Shown here: positions 28,517-38,318 of the stretch, piece after piece
How positions within the stretch are numbered: position 1 is the stretch's first letter
Layout of the letters: every line of letters begins with the position of its first letter
Source of the DNA: an uncultured virus (IMG/VR IMGVR_UViG_3300042866_001374)
Taxonomy: Duplodnaviria; Heunggongvirae; Uroviricota; Caudoviricetes
Length of the DNA stretch: 64,000 bases
IMG/VR virus record: IMGVR_UViG_3300042866_001374
Reading direction: 5' to 3' (one strand)
Position numbers and translations under genes: made by a program
The notes under the pieces: generated by a model
Database searches by the model: none
Told to the model about the DNA's origin: nothing
What the model saw: only the letters and a program-made list of their open reading frames with translations

Positions 28517-29109
28517 TTTTTAAATACCTCCATATTAGGCAAGAAGGGATAATCCAAATATTGAAATCTTTTTGGTTTTTTAAATGCCACATCATTAAAT
28601 TTTTGAATGCCTAAAGATGCAGTTTCTGGCGTCATATAATAATGATAACCAATCATATCTATATTCTGTTCTCCCCATGGTTTATCGTTAGTTCTTCCAT
28701 CATAAACCATTTTTTTAAGCGTCGTATATGCCTCCTTATCATCCAATAATATAATTCCACCACGACCAAGATTTAAATGCTTCTTAAATTGAAAACTAAT
28801 GCACATATATGTACCAGGAATATATGTATTCTGCTCCCATAAAACCGCAGCATCAATTATATTAGTATTCCAAAGATAATAATAATCTGTCCAAATATAA
28901 TTTTTTTTCCATGTCCATTTTATACCCAATTTTTCAGCAGTAAATGGAATAGAAATATAAGTGTGCTCTGGTATTTGTATATCATTATACTTTTCATATC
29001 TAAGACATAACTCTATAGCATGAGTACAACAATCCGTTGCCACAGCATAAGGTGCATTAAAAAAATTAGATATTATTTTTTCAAACCTATTAACTACATC
29101 AAATTCCAT
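28513..29109 (-). CDS. Compact DegT/DnrJ/EryC1/StrS-family PLP aminotransferase
   Basis: YAVATDCCTHAIEL, IIDAA, SFQFKKHLNLGRGG (PLP lysine region), GYHYYMT. Confidence 0.82.
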   Translation of the reverse strand: MEFDVVNRFEKIISNFFNAPYAVATDCCTHAIELCLRYEKYNDIQIPEHTYISIPFTAEKLGIKWTWKKNYIWTDYYYLWNTNIIDAAVLWEQNTYIPGTYMCISFQFKKHLNLGRGGIILLDDKEAYTTLKKMVYDGRTNDKPWGEQNIDMIGYHYYMTPETASLGIQKFNDVAFKKPKRFQYLDYPFLPNMEVFKK

Positions 29110-29830
29110 TTTCATAAAGATTGTAATCCTCACTATACAAATTGTTAAATTCTTCTAAATCTGGTTCAACATAGTCTTGATATATTTTTTTACATATTGA
29201 ACTGTAATTGGGCATAAAATATTTTGAATTTCTTAAATGAGGAATTTCAAATGATTTATATTTTACTCTTTCAATATCATCTTGAATATTAGTTCTTATA
29301 AAATTATTAACTTTAAATGTCATATCTCCTTCCAATTTTATTAATTTAAGATTTCCTTTGTTCTCAAGACACAATCTTAGAAATAATTTTTGAGGAGCTG
29401 TATGTTCATCATAGATGTACTTTTTATTTTTAACTTGTTTAACAACCCATTCAATAGGTGGTTTATATCTACACATAAATTCATTCAATCCAGATATCCA
29501 TCTTTTAGTAGGATCCCTAGTAATTGCAAAGAATATATGTTCAGATTCTACAAAATATTGTGCTAAAAAATCTGGGTCTTTTGCTCTTGGTAATTTATCT
29601 AATGGGATGAAATTTGGACAATGAGCATTAAATGCTGTAGTAATAGAAGTACTACCACACTTATCAACATGCATAAAAACTAATTTATAATTTTTTGCCC
29701 AGTAGCAATTTACAAATCCTTCTTTATGAATAACTTGTCCATCTATACCTTTTTGTAACTTAAAAGTAAATGCAGAGCAATGTTTTGAACATTGTTCTAC
29801 AATATCATCTATGACTGCTCTTCTTTTCAT
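29099..29830 (-). CDS. Sulfotransferase (carbohydrate sulfotransferase-like)
   Basis: 5'-PSB HVDKCGSTSI, 3'-PB RDPTKRWISG, DEHTAPQ. Confidence 0.8.
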   Translation of the reverse strand: MKRRAVIDDIVEQCSKHCSAFTFKLQKGIDGQVIHKEGFVNCYWAKNYKLVFMHVDKCGSTSITTAFNAHCPNFIPLDKLPRAKDPDFLAQYFVESEHIFFAITRDPTKRWISGLNEFMCRYKPPIEWVVKQVKNKKYIYDEHTAPQKLFLRLCLENKGNLKLIKLEGDMTFKVNNFIRTNIQDDIERVKYKSFEIPHLRNSKYFMPNYSSICKKIYQDYVEPDLEEFNNLYSEDYNLYENGI

Positions 29831-30342
29831 ATCGTTGCTGTTATCTGCATTGTATATCTATTTTCATCTCCAAGGTTTGCTGCCATATGTGGTGCATCTC
29901 CTCTCCACATATAACAATCACCCTTCTTCCAATTAACAATTGGTGTTCGGTTCAATTCAAAATAATGCCCAGATTTCCAGTCATTTAAAAAGATTAAAAA
30001 TCTACACACATTATTTTGGTCTTCAATATTATATACCTTTCTATATCTAGGATACGTATCTTGGTGTTCTGGCATAATAGTTCCAGGTGGCATACAATAT
30101 ACGGACAAAGAAGTATTTTTTACTTGATGTTCCTTTTTAATTTCATTCACAATATCATGACACCATTGTGGAACTCCTCTATATTCTTCCCTTAAAAGAC
30201 CAGTATAGTTCACATACAAATGCCCCAATGATTTCCACCGATTAACGGTTTCATCATCAGGGAATTGTCTTCTATCTGGATATTCTATATTAGTATAATC
30301 TCCGATTATATCGGGATTTATGCTTTTTACTCTATAATTCAT
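29827..30342 (-). CDS. 2OG-Fe(II) oxygenase superfamily protein
   Basis: MPPGTIMPEHQD (HxD), PHMAANLG…RYTMQIT. Confidence 0.78.
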   Translation of the reverse strand: MNYRVKSINPDIIGDYTNIEYPDRRQFPDDETVNRWKSLGHLYVNYTGLLREEYRGVPQWCHDIVNEIKKEHQVKNTSLSVYCMPPGTIMPEHQDTYPRYRKVYNIEDQNNVCRFLIFLNDWKSGHYFELNRTPIVNWKKGDCYMWRGDAPHMAANLGDENRYTMQITATI

Positions 30343-30860
30343 TGTGGTAAATATATATTATTTTGATTTTTACTGTACCAACAAGGCAAAGTATACCTCT
30401 CACCACTTATTACTTTAGTGACTCCATGATAAGTACGAGAACTAAAAAATATTATTTTACCTTTTTTAGGGTTACATGTAAAGTTATCACTTGGGAAGTA
30501 TGTCTTTCCTCCAGTAAAATTATCGTTTAAATATAAAACAGAACTATAGTCTCGATGATTTTGGTCTTGATGAACTTCCATATCTATTCCAGGGAGCATT
30601 TGAACAATGCTCCAATATTCCAAATATAAATTTACATCTAAGTTATCCCTATAAAATAATTTAGATAAAGTTTGAATGGATTTAATTTGAAGTATAAGAA
30701 GATTGGATAATAGTATCTTATCTTCAACTAAGTAAGGACACAAAGTTTTATCTTCAAAATAACCTTCTAGATGTATATTCCTAAAATTAGTATTATTAAA
30801 GTATTTTACTAAGTCATCACATATAGACTCATCTAAAAAATTTTCTATTTCGTAAATCAC
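30339..30860 (-). CDS. Prolyl-4-hydroxylase-like 2OG-Fe(II) oxygenase
   Basis: HQD, LYLNDNFTGGKT, HGVTKVISGERYTLPCW. Confidence 0.88.
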   Translation of the reverse strand: MIYEIENFLDESICDDLVKYFNNTNFRNIHLEGYFEDKTLCPYLVEDKILLSNLLILQIKSIQTLSKLFYRDNLDVNLYLEYWSIVQMLPGIDMEVHQDQNHRDYSSVLYLNDNFTGGKTYFPSDNFTCNPKKGKIIFFSSRTYHGVTKVISGERYTLPCWYSKNQNNIYLPQ

Positions 30861-30862
30861 AT

Positions 30863-32245
30863 TTAAAATTTAAAATCGGAGAATAATTTTTTAGCAGAAG
30901 ATTTTTTTTCTTCATATTCATATTCTTCTTCCTGCCCACTATCGGTAATATTATTTTGGGCACTTTGTTCACAATCATACAATCTCATTTTTGCTCTATC
31001 AATACCCAGAACAAACCGTTTAAATACTGTAGGATCATTATATCTATTCTTAAGTTGCTTTACCATAATCTGTCCAAGTTGCTCCAACTCTTCTGTGCTA
31101 ATAAGAGCAAACATAAGGTCGGCAGTAGCAGGAAGACCAAAGGATTCAGAAGTATCAGTAAGTTCAACATCAGAGTTGCCATAACCTGAACGAGTAGTTT
31201 GAGTGGCAGACATGATTGGCACATTGAATTCGACTGCAAGACCCCTAAGTTCCTCAGCAATTGCCTTGATATACGAATAAGAATTAACAGACATGTTTCC
31301 CCGATACCTGCTGGAAGCACAAATATTAAGGTAATCGATAAAAATAATATCAGGTTTAAATGACTTCTTAAGTGTAAGTTCATTAAGCAATGCTTTAAAG
31401 TGTCCACTATGCGCTGATGCAGTTGGATACTCTTTAATTATAAGATGTCCTTTTGTTTTATTTACAAGAGTATTAATTTTATTTTCAAAAATTTGTTTTG
31501 GTAAATTAATTAATTCTTGGATTGGAACATTGAGAAGGTTTGCATCAATTCGCTCTGCAATTCGTTCCTCCGCCATTTCAAGTGTGATATAGAGAACGTT
31601 CCTGCCTTGCAATAAGACGGAACTAGCCACATGACACATGAATAGCGATTTCCCAACGCCTGTCCCAGCGAGAGCGATGTTGAGAGTCTTATTAGGGAGA
31701 CCACCTTTTGTAATTTTGTTGAAATACTCCAGGTCAAACTCAATCTTATCTTCCTTCCTGTGGTAAAAATCATAACGTTCTTCATAATTTTGTAAGTAAT
31801 CATGACCAATATTGTTATCAAAAGATACTGCTAGGGCATCTGAAAGAATATTTGGAATAGCATCTCTTGTTTTTTTCTCATCATTACCATCAGCAATGTG
31901 AATAGATTCCATAAGTGCAAGATAAATTGCACGATCTCGGCACCATTTTTCAGTTGTATCAAGTAACCACTGTTGGTCTACAGGAGAATCATCAAGAGAA
32001 TTACTAATTTCTCTAATTTCTTTAACTTCAGACTCAGTAAGATCTGTACGATTTTCTAACTCAATGCCAAGTGCTTCTAAAGTAATTGCTGAACCATATT
32101 TAACAATAAATTGAACAACTTCTTCAAAAATTACTTTTTCAGTTACTTTATCAAAATAAGTTGGTTGAATAAATGGAATAACTTTTCTAGAGTAATCTTC
32201 ATTAAATACTAAATTTCTGAGAATGGTTGTCTCAATTCGTTCCAT
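30863..32245 (-). CDS. gp41: Replicative DNA helicase (T4 gp41)
   Basis: Walker [29 protein letters not shown]. Confidence 0.97.
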   Translation of the reverse strand: MERIETTILRNLVFNEDYSRKVIPFIQPTYFDKVTEKVIFEEVVQFIVKYGSAITLEALGIELENRTDLTESEVKEIREISNSLDDSPVDQQWLLDTTEKWCRDRAIYLALMESIHIADGNDEKKTRDAIPNILSDALAVSFDNNIGHDYLQNYEERYDFYHRKEDKIEFDLEYFNKITKGGLPNKTLNIALAGTGVGKSLFMCHVASSVLLQGRNVLYITLEMAEERIAERIDANLLNVPIQELINLPKQIFENKINTLVNKTKGHLIIKEYPTASAHSGHFKALLNELTLKKSFKPDIIFIDYLNICASSRYRGNMSVNSYSYIKAIAEELRGLAVEFNVPIMSATQTTRSGYGNSDVELTDTSESFGLPATADLMFALISTEELEQLGQIMVKQLKNRYNDPTVFKRFVLGIDRAKMRLYDCEQSAQNNITDSGQEEEYEYEEKKSSAKKLFSDFKF

Positions 32246-33242
32246 AAGAGAATTCTTTTTTCGCGGCAGCATCAAGTTGCTGCATTACTTCTTCAGTGAA
32301 ATATTGATCAGGATTTTTTAGAATCTCCTTACCATATATTTTTTTACCATTGATTTCATAGCGTCCTGCTACATTCTTCCAGAGTCCACCAATCTCACCA
32401 AGTTCCAGAAGACCATAGTAACGATCAAGACCGCGCTCATCATAATACAAACGGACTTCAACATCTTTGTTCTCCTTACTCAAACGCGATTTAGCAGTCT
32501 TAGCCTTGATAATATTGCCGACCACTTCTGTTCCATCCTTTTCTTTCTTTTTGCTGAGATAAATGATCGTACTTGCTGCGTACTTGAGACCAGAACCTCC
32601 ACCCATTTCTTTCGTTGGTACATAAGCTCCGATGACATCGTATGTATGATTTGTGACAATGAGCGGGACATTTGCTTGACCTAGTTTGAGTGTGAGCATT
32701 CGGAATGCACCTTTAACCAATTGAGATTTGGTCATGTCACGAACTTGTTTGTCGTTCAGTGCATCAGTGATTTCTTTCTCTGTGGAAAGCATACCTAAAG
32801 AGTCTAGCACAAACATGCAAGGTTTGCGTTCCTCTACAGGTTTCTTAAGATACAAATCAACTGCCTTTAATGCCTTCCCGCGAAACTCTTCAATAGTAAC
32901 AACATTAACAACCACCAAACGAGAAGTATCAATTCCACGAGATTCAATCAAAGATTTAGTGATAGCAGCCTCAGTATCAAAGTAGAGGCAGTAACCATCG
33001 GGATTAGTATCAAGAAAGTTCTTAACAACGGCGAGAGAGAAAAAAGTCTTTCCAGTAGAAGACTCTCCAGCAATAGCAGTAATCTTATTCCCAGATACAC
33101 CACCAAATATGCTACCTGAAACCAGTGCATTAAAAATGTATGAACCCGTATCAACATAAGTCTCAGTCTCATCAATATCTGATGCTAACTTAGTAAAGTC
33201 ATCACCAATTTCTTTTACAATATCTTTAAGAAAATCCATCAC
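32232..33242 (-). CDS. uvsX: RecA-like recombinase UvsX
   Basis: [28 protein letters not shown]. Confidence 0.96.
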   Translation of the reverse strand: MMDFLKDIVKEIGDDFTKLASDIDETETYVDTGSYIFNALVSGSIFGGVSGNKITAIAGESSTGKTFFSLAVVKNFLDTNPDGYCLYFDTEAAITKSLIESRGIDTSRLVVVNVVTIEEFRGKALKAVDLYLKKPVEERKPCMFVLDSLGMLSTEKEITDALNDKQVRDMTKSQLVKGAFRMLTLKLGQANVPLIVTNHTYDVIGAYVPTKEMGGGSGLKYAASTIIYLSKKKEKDGTEVVGNIIKAKTAKSRLSKENKDVEVRLYYDERGLDRYYGLLELGEIGGLWKNVAGRYEINGKKIYGKEILKNPDQYFTEEVMQQLDAAAKKEFSYGTN

Positions 33243-33367
33243 TTATCTCCAATAAAAACATAATCTGGATGTTGAGATTTAAACGTCTCTACTGCCTCTT
33301 CAGTTTTAAAAAATTTAAAGAGTGATGTGTTTGGAAACTCTTTAATGTAATAATTCAGTTTAATCAT
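33239..33367 (-). CDS. Small hypothetical protein
   Basis: Manual translation [42 protein letters not shown]; overlaps both neighbours. Confidence 0.55.
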   Translation of the reverse strand: MIKLNYYIKEFPNTSLFKFFKTEEAVETFKSQHPDYVFIGDK

Positions 33368-33531
33368 CACGCTACCATCCCGTATTCTTTACGAAGTATT
33401 TCTTTATAAGGTAAACCTTGTTCTTTAAGTTCTTTAACTAATTTAAGTTTTTGATAAAGTGCTGAATCTCCTCCCAGAGACATGGCGCGAATAATAGTAT
33501 TCAGTTCGTTGTCATTAATAGGCAAATCCAT
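33367..33531 (-). CDS. Small hypothetical protein
   Basis: Manual translation MDLPINDNELNTIIRAMSLGGDSALYQKLKLVKE…; TAATG coupling to gp43 stop. Confidence 0.65.
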   Translation of the reverse strand: MDLPINDNELNTIIRAMSLGGDSALYQKLKLVKELKEQGLPYKEILRKEYGMVA

Positions 33532-36026
33532 TAAGCAAAAAATAATTCAAGGTTTACAGTTTTTTCCACATTCCATCCAATTGAATCAAGAATAGATTTT
33601 AGTGGATCTACAAAACTTTTTTCAAATTGTAAGTCATAATCAATGTATTTGTCAAGATCAAGTTCCTTGGGAAAATCTTGAATAAACGAGATAATATTTT
33701 CTTGTATTGTATTTGGTTTTTTTAAATATACAAATTTAATTTTTTCTCCGTTTGCAATAAGAGAATATTTTTTAGTCAATTTTTTTTGTTTAACATAATG
33801 GTTAAACAAAAGTGCTCCTCGAATATGAATTGGAGTTCCCTTTACATAAATGCTTGAAGGGGACTGGTATTTGCGAACATCGGAAGCAGTACGGGGGAAT
33901 GCAATCTGTTCTGGTGGAAGAGATTTGAATTCAGATCTACATTTATCAATGAAGTTAATTACATCCTCTTCAGTTCCACTCATCATAAGTTTTAAACCAT
34001 CTTTAATCATCTTGCGACAAGGTGCAGGAGTAGAAGACTTAACCGCCTCAATGCCCATCATCTTGAGTTTAGGTTCTTCATAACGAACACCCTCACTATC
34101 CCAGACATTCAGAATGTATCTCTTCTTCGCAGTCCAGATTCCACGCTCAGCAATGTTCTCACGCTTCATCTGCATCTTCTGGTCATAAGCATTCACATAC
34201 TGAGCCAGTTCTTCGTAGCAACCTTCAATATACTTTTCAAGTTCCACTTTACAGACCTTATCAAGGAACGTAACAACGCCTTCAGTAGTTTTCTCTCTTC
34301 CCTTGTATACAGTTTCAACCATAGGACCCATATTAAGATAAATGGAGTCAGTATCTGCAGCAATAACATAATCAACATCATCGGTTTTCAAAAGTTTATT
34401 AAGATATGCATTCATCTTATTCTCAATCCAACGGATAGATACCTGACCAGACAAGGTGATTGCCTCTGCATTTGCTAGTTTGTAATAACGGAAATACTGA
34501 TTGCCGATAGCACCATAAGCAGAGTTAAGTTGAATCTTCCTCGCCATTTGGATGTTGTTACATCTTGCAATTTCCTTTTCCAACTCTTTAGTCTTTTTCT
34601 TTTCATACTCCTGCTTTGCCTCAAGCATCTTCTTTTTATAGATGGTACGATCCTTATAAATCTTTTCCATCAACTCTGGCAAGAATCCACGAACATCCTT
34701 GCGAAACATTGCACCGTTAGCACAAACTGCTTTATCCTTATACAATTCAAATGTAATTTCTTGATTTAAAATCTTGTCAACAGTTACATTTGGATGCTTC
34801 TCTTCCAGAAGAGTTTCTGGTGAGATATTATATTGCATAATAAGATGAGGATAGAGTGAGTTAAGGTCAAAAGACACAACCCAATCATACTTACCAGGGA
34901 CTGGTTCTTTTACATAAGCGCCAGCATACTTTGAATCCTTATCTGAACGTTCTTTTGGAGGAATAACAATATTTCTCTCCTTCAAATAATTAAAGATAAT
35001 CGTATCCCACATCCTAACCTGATAGAATACATCCTCATAGTTTACTTTGGCGTCATATGCCATAGTAAGTGCAAGTTCAATCAATTTCATCTTGTCTTCC
35101 AAACGGTCAACAAGTTCTACGTCGATGATGTTGTATTCTACAAACTTCTGCCAACCTTTAGTATAAAAGTCCTTGAACGTATCAAACTCAGAGTGGTCCA
35201 GTTTTTTCTGACCAAGTTCAACATTTGCAATGTGGTCCAAACGATAGGATTCTTGATTGGTGTATGTGAATTTTTTATACAAATCAAGATAATCTAATTG
35301 AGAAATTCCACCAATGTCATAAGATATTTGCTTTCTTCCAGTAACAAAAATCTCTTGTTCTGTTACTAGTCCCCAAGGAGACAATCTCTTCATCAACTTT
35401 TCACCAAGAACTCTATCTAATCGGCGGACAATATATGGAATATCATACAATTTACTATTCCATCCAGTAATAACTTCTGGAGTATTTTCCATCCACCAAT
35501 TAATAAAATCATTTAAAAGGTCATACTCATTATTAAATCTTTTATAGTAAAGATTGCCTTTATTTAATTTAAATGGTCCTTGACCCCAAGTAATAATTTC
35601 TTTTGTTGTATAATCTTGAATTGTAATAAGTAAAACTTCTTCTGCTGCGTTTTCTACGTCTGGAAATCCATTTTCAGACGCAACCTCAATGTCAATTGTA
35701 AATAGTTTAATCTTACTAATATCAAATTTTATTTCAGATTGTGGGTATTTGTCCGATATGTATTGGTAAATATATCTTTCATTTCCGTAAACCTTAAATC
35801 CGTCTACACCTTCATATTTTTTTATAAATTCTCTACATTCTTTTACAAATCCAGGTTTAATAGATTCTACGTATTCCCCAGATAAAGTTTTATAATTCGT
35901 TTTTTTATTTGAAGTAACAAAAAGGGTCGGAGTAAATTTCTCACGAGTCATGAAGTGTTTTCCATCTTCATATCCTCTTACGAGAAATTGATCCCCGACC
36001 ATTTGGACGTTGGTATAAAACCTCAT
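33531..36026 (-). CDS. gp43: Family B DNA polymerase (T4 gp43)
   Basis: Exo DIEV, SFDLNSLYPH, KIQLNSAYG, AADTDS, KKRY. Confidence 0.98.
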   Translation of the reverse strand: MRFYTNVQMVGDQFLVRGYEDGKHFMTREKFTPTLFVTSNKKTNYKTLSGEYVESIKPGFVKECREFIKKYEGVDGFKVYGNERYIYQYISDKYPQSEIKFDISKIKLFTIDIEVASENGFPDVENAAEEVLLITIQDYTTKEIITWGQGPFKLNKGNLYYKRFNNEYDLLNDFINWWMENTPEVITGWNSKLYDIPYIVRRLDRVLGEKLMKRLSPWGLVTEQEIFVTGRKQISYDIGGISQLDYLDLYKKFTYTNQESYRLDHIANVELGQKKLDHSEFDTFKDFYTKGWQKFVEYNIIDVELVDRLEDKMKLIELALTMAYDAKVNYEDVFYQVRMWDTIIFNYLKERNIVIPPKERSDKDSKYAGAYVKEPVPGKYDWVVSFDLNSLYPHLIMQYNISPETLLEEKHPNVTVDKILNQEITFELYKDKAVCANGAMFRKDVRGFLPELMEKIYKDRTIYKKKMLEAKQEYEKKKTKELEKEIARCNNIQMARKIQLNSAYGAIGNQYFRYYKLANAEAITLSGQVSIRWIENKMNAYLNKLLKTDDVDYVIAADTDSIYLNMGPMVETVYKGREKTTEGVVTFLDKVCKVELEKYIEGCYEELAQYVNAYDQKMQMKRENIAERGIWTAKKRYILNVWDSEGVRYEEPKLKMMGIEAVKSSTPAPCRKMIKDGLKLMMSGTEEDVINFIDKCRSEFKSLPPEQIAFPRTASDVRKYQSPSSIYVKGTPIHIRGALLFNHYVKQKKLTKKYSLIANGEKIKFVYLKKPNTIQENIISFIQDFPKELDLDKYIDYDLQFEKSFVDPLKSILDSIGWNVEKTVNLELFFA

Positions 36027-36301
36027 TACTTAGTCAAGTCATCATACAGTTCCTTGATTCTAGCAGTGGGTTCGGCAATAGTCAAGATTTTATCAGAATG
36101 AATCATGAATTCATTCTGAATGGTCATTTCTCCTAACCATGGTTGCAGCGTACCATCAGAAATAATATTAAATGGTTGAACTAATTTACAATCAGGTTCT
36201 CCAATATCAGCAGATTCTGCTTCTTCAATTTGAGAAATCAGAGTTCCACCAGAAGTAAAAATAATTACCTTTGAATTTTTTGACATATCAGCAATCCTCA
36301 C
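36026..36301 (-). CDS. Small beta-barrel (Sm-like) hypothetical protein
   Basis: GEPDCKLVQPF…LQPW motif. Confidence 0.7.
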   Translation of the reverse strand: MRIADMSKNSKVIIFTSGGTLISQIEEAESADIGEPDCKLVQPFNIISDGTLQPWLGEMTIQNEFMIHSDKILTIAEPTARIKELYDDLTK

Positions 36302-36638
36302 ATGAATCGGTTAAAACAATAGATTGTTCTTGAGTTTCTTCAGTTTCTCTAAGAATATCTACAACATACATTTTGTGTAGTTCGTCTACTGGATCAATAA
36401 ACGTAACAATCCAGTCAAGAGGAACTGGAAATCTAATTCCTTTGCCCAATGGAATCCATGGACTCAATTTAATATCAAGTGATGCACTACCAGTTGATTT
36501 ATTAACTTTTGGATCTGTAGTTTTTACTAAACAAGGTTTAATGAAAAAGTATCCAACTACTTTATCTTCAAGAAGCATTTCCTCAACTTTGGTAACAATC
36601 TGTTCTCCTGTTTTTACAACAGCTAATTTAATTGCCAT
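36288..36638 (-). CDS. Small beta-barrel (Sm-like) hypothetical protein
   Basis: IKLAVVKTGEQIV…LSPWIPL. Confidence 0.75.
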   Translation of the reverse strand: MAIKLAVVKTGEQIVTKVEEMLLEDKVVGYFFIKPCLVKTTDPKVNKSTGSASLDIKLSPWIPLGKGIRFPVPLDWIVTFIDPVDELHKMYVVDILRETEETQEQSIVLTDSCEDC

Positions 36639-36669
36639 AATTTTGATAAAACTTTATTTAAATACTAGC

Positions 36670-36716
36670 ACAAAAAAGAAAATGGGGCAAGAGCTGATAT
36701 TTGCCAGCTCTCGCCC
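36670..36716 (-). terminator. Strong hairpin terminator overlapping a sigma70-like promoter
   Basis: GGGCGAGAGCTG/CAGCTCTTGCCC stem with T run; TTGCCC-17 nt-TAGTAT overlaps it. Confidence 0.65.
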
Positions 36717-36741
36717 TTGCGCCGACGATATTCAGTATTAT

Positions 36742-36921
36742 TTATTCATCTCCGCCGCCACCATCACCACCATCACCCCCAGCACTTGATGCAGATCTTT
36801 TTGGAACTGCTCTGCCAGCACCAATGTTTGTCACTCTATTTTTACTATAAACTTTATGGGGTTTTGCCATTTTAAAACCTATGGTTTTAATTTCAGTAAT
36901 AAATTGGCGGAATGTTTTCAT
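36742..36921 (-). CDS. Small protein with capsid-targeting-like N-terminus
   Basis: Manual translation MKTFRQFITEIKTIGFKMAKPHK…GGDGGDGGGGDE (59 aa); TAAATA upstream. Confidence 0.6.
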   Translation of the reverse strand: MKTFRQFITEIKTIGFKMAKPHKVYSKNRVTNIGAGRAVPKRSASSAGGDGGDGGGGDE

Positions 36922-36935
36922 TGTTTTTATTTTAT

Positions 36936-37376
36936 TTAGAGATAATCTCTACGAGCATGATGATCTGGAACTACTTTACCAAGAACAATAGTCAACAATC
37001 CATTATCAAAGGCAACCTCTCGTACTTCAGTGTCATCAGCGATTGTCCACGCTCTTTTGAAAGATCGTTGAGCCAATCCCTTATGGAGGTAATGGGTATC
37101 AGTCTCTCTGTCCTCCTTTTGCCCTTCGACAAAAAGTTTTCCATACTCCGTGTATACATGAACTTCCTCCTTTTTAAATCCAGCAAGTGCAAGTTCTAGG
37201 CGTGATTCCACATTGCTTACCTGAACAAGATTGTATGGTGGATAATTAGATGTAGTTTCATGAAGATTAAATAGACGATCAAAATATTCATCCATTCCAA
37301 TGCTATTGCGGGTAATCCTGTCCATCAAGGCAGGCAAATCCGCAGATGTAAACCGTGAGGTTACAAGGTTAGTCAT
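36936..37376 (-). CDS. hsp20: Small heat shock protein Hsp20
   Basis: NYPPYNL, LALAGF, GLAQRSFKR, NGLLTI. Confidence 0.93.
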   Translation of the reverse strand: MTNLVTSRFTSADLPALMDRITRNSIGMDEYFDRLFNLHETTSNYPPYNLVQVSNVESRLELALAGFKKEEVHVYTEYGKLFVEGQKEDRETDTHYLHKGLAQRSFKRAWTIADDTEVREVAFDNGLLTIVLGKVVPDHHARRDYL

Positions 37377-37451
37377 TATGGTAGCTCCTTTAAAAGCGAG
37401 TTTGTATTTTGTGGACCCTTTCGGCACCCATTACTAATTATACAAGATTAC

Positions 37452-37478
37452 AAAAAAAGAGGGGTAGTAAACCCCTCA
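37452..37478 (-). terminator. Rho-independent terminator after regA
   Basis: GAGGGG/CCCCTC stem with T run. Confidence 0.7.
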
Positions 37479-37497
37479 CTTTTTTATACGGTTTCTA

Positions 37498-37938
37498 TTA
37501 CTCATCGTCAGATGGTTTCTTCTTAGACCCAATATTATATTTTTGTTCTAGAATCCAGTCTCCTTTATCTTTATAAGAGAGAACTTTAATTTGATTAAGT
37601 GGTGCAATGTCACTAATAGAGTCTCCATTCACAACACTAATCAGACCCCAATCCGAAAGAAGTCTTGCAATTCTATTCCTTCTTTGAATATCATTGACAG
37701 TAAGATTTGCGTGTTTGCCATCTAAAGCAAACAATTCTTTAAAGTGGGTAATATAATATCTACCTTGCTTATGTAGAATATGGCAAGATTGATAGAGTTT
37801 TTTCTCCTTGCGCGATGCAACTCCGATGCGAGTTAAAGTTTCACGAACTTTAAGGAAGTCGTCAGGTTCATTAAGAATAACTTCCACCATCATATTGGGT
37901 GTCCAATTAACCTGAGGTTCAATAGTATTATTAGTCAT
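37498..37938 (-). CDS. regA: Translational repressor RegA
   Basis: DDFLKVRETLTRIG, LYQSCHILHKQGRYYITHFKELF. Confidence 0.96.
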   Translation of the reverse strand: MTNNTIEPQVNWTPNMMVEVILNEPDDFLKVRETLTRIGVASRKEKKLYQSCHILHKQGRYYITHFKELFALDGKHANLTVNDIQRRNRIARLLSDWGLISVVNGDSISDIAPLNQIKVLSYKDKGDWILEQKYNIGSKKKPSDDE

Positions 37939-38318
37939 TTGTTCTTTCCACCAGTATCAAGTCTTTGTTTAATAAAATCGAGTTGTTCTCTAGATAAAAT
38001 TTTCAGTGCTTGCATTGCTTTATCATTACTATAACTATAGTATTGTTTTACAATATCAAGGTCGTTAACTTTATCTTTTCGGAGCCAAGGAGAGAATCTC
38101 TTCTTTTTCCTCAAACTATTTAGATAAAAAGAATATTGCAGTTCCTTGTCTAGAAAATGACTTTTATTCATTTCATTTGCAAAAAAAATTGCGTCAATAT
38201 GAGATGATAGACACCTATTAATAATATAAGGTGGATAACTTTTAATTAAAGTTGGATCATCAGATACTAGATTATCTTTTGTGTGATTAATTGAATTTAA
38301 CCAATCTTTTAATTCCAT
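37935..38318 (-). CDS. gp62: Clamp loader small subunit (T4 gp62)
   Basis: YPPYIINRCLS, ANEMN, RFSPW; position next to regA. Confidence 0.92.
   Translation of the reverse strand: MELKDWLNSINHTKDNLVSDDPTLIKSYPPYIINRCLSSHIDAIFFANEMNKSHFLDKELQYSFYLNSLRKKKRFSPWLRKDKVNDLDIVKQYYSYSNDKAMQALKILSREQLDFIKQRLDTGGKNK

Noticed and set aside
21998..30860. Cyanotoxin biosynthesis cluster
   Set aside because: No PKS or NRPS genes; glycosyltransferases and a nucleotide-sugar dehydrogenase dominate
9820..36026. Introns or inteins in nrdA, nrdB, gp41, uvsX or gp43
   Set aside because: All are single uninterrupted ORFs of ordinary length
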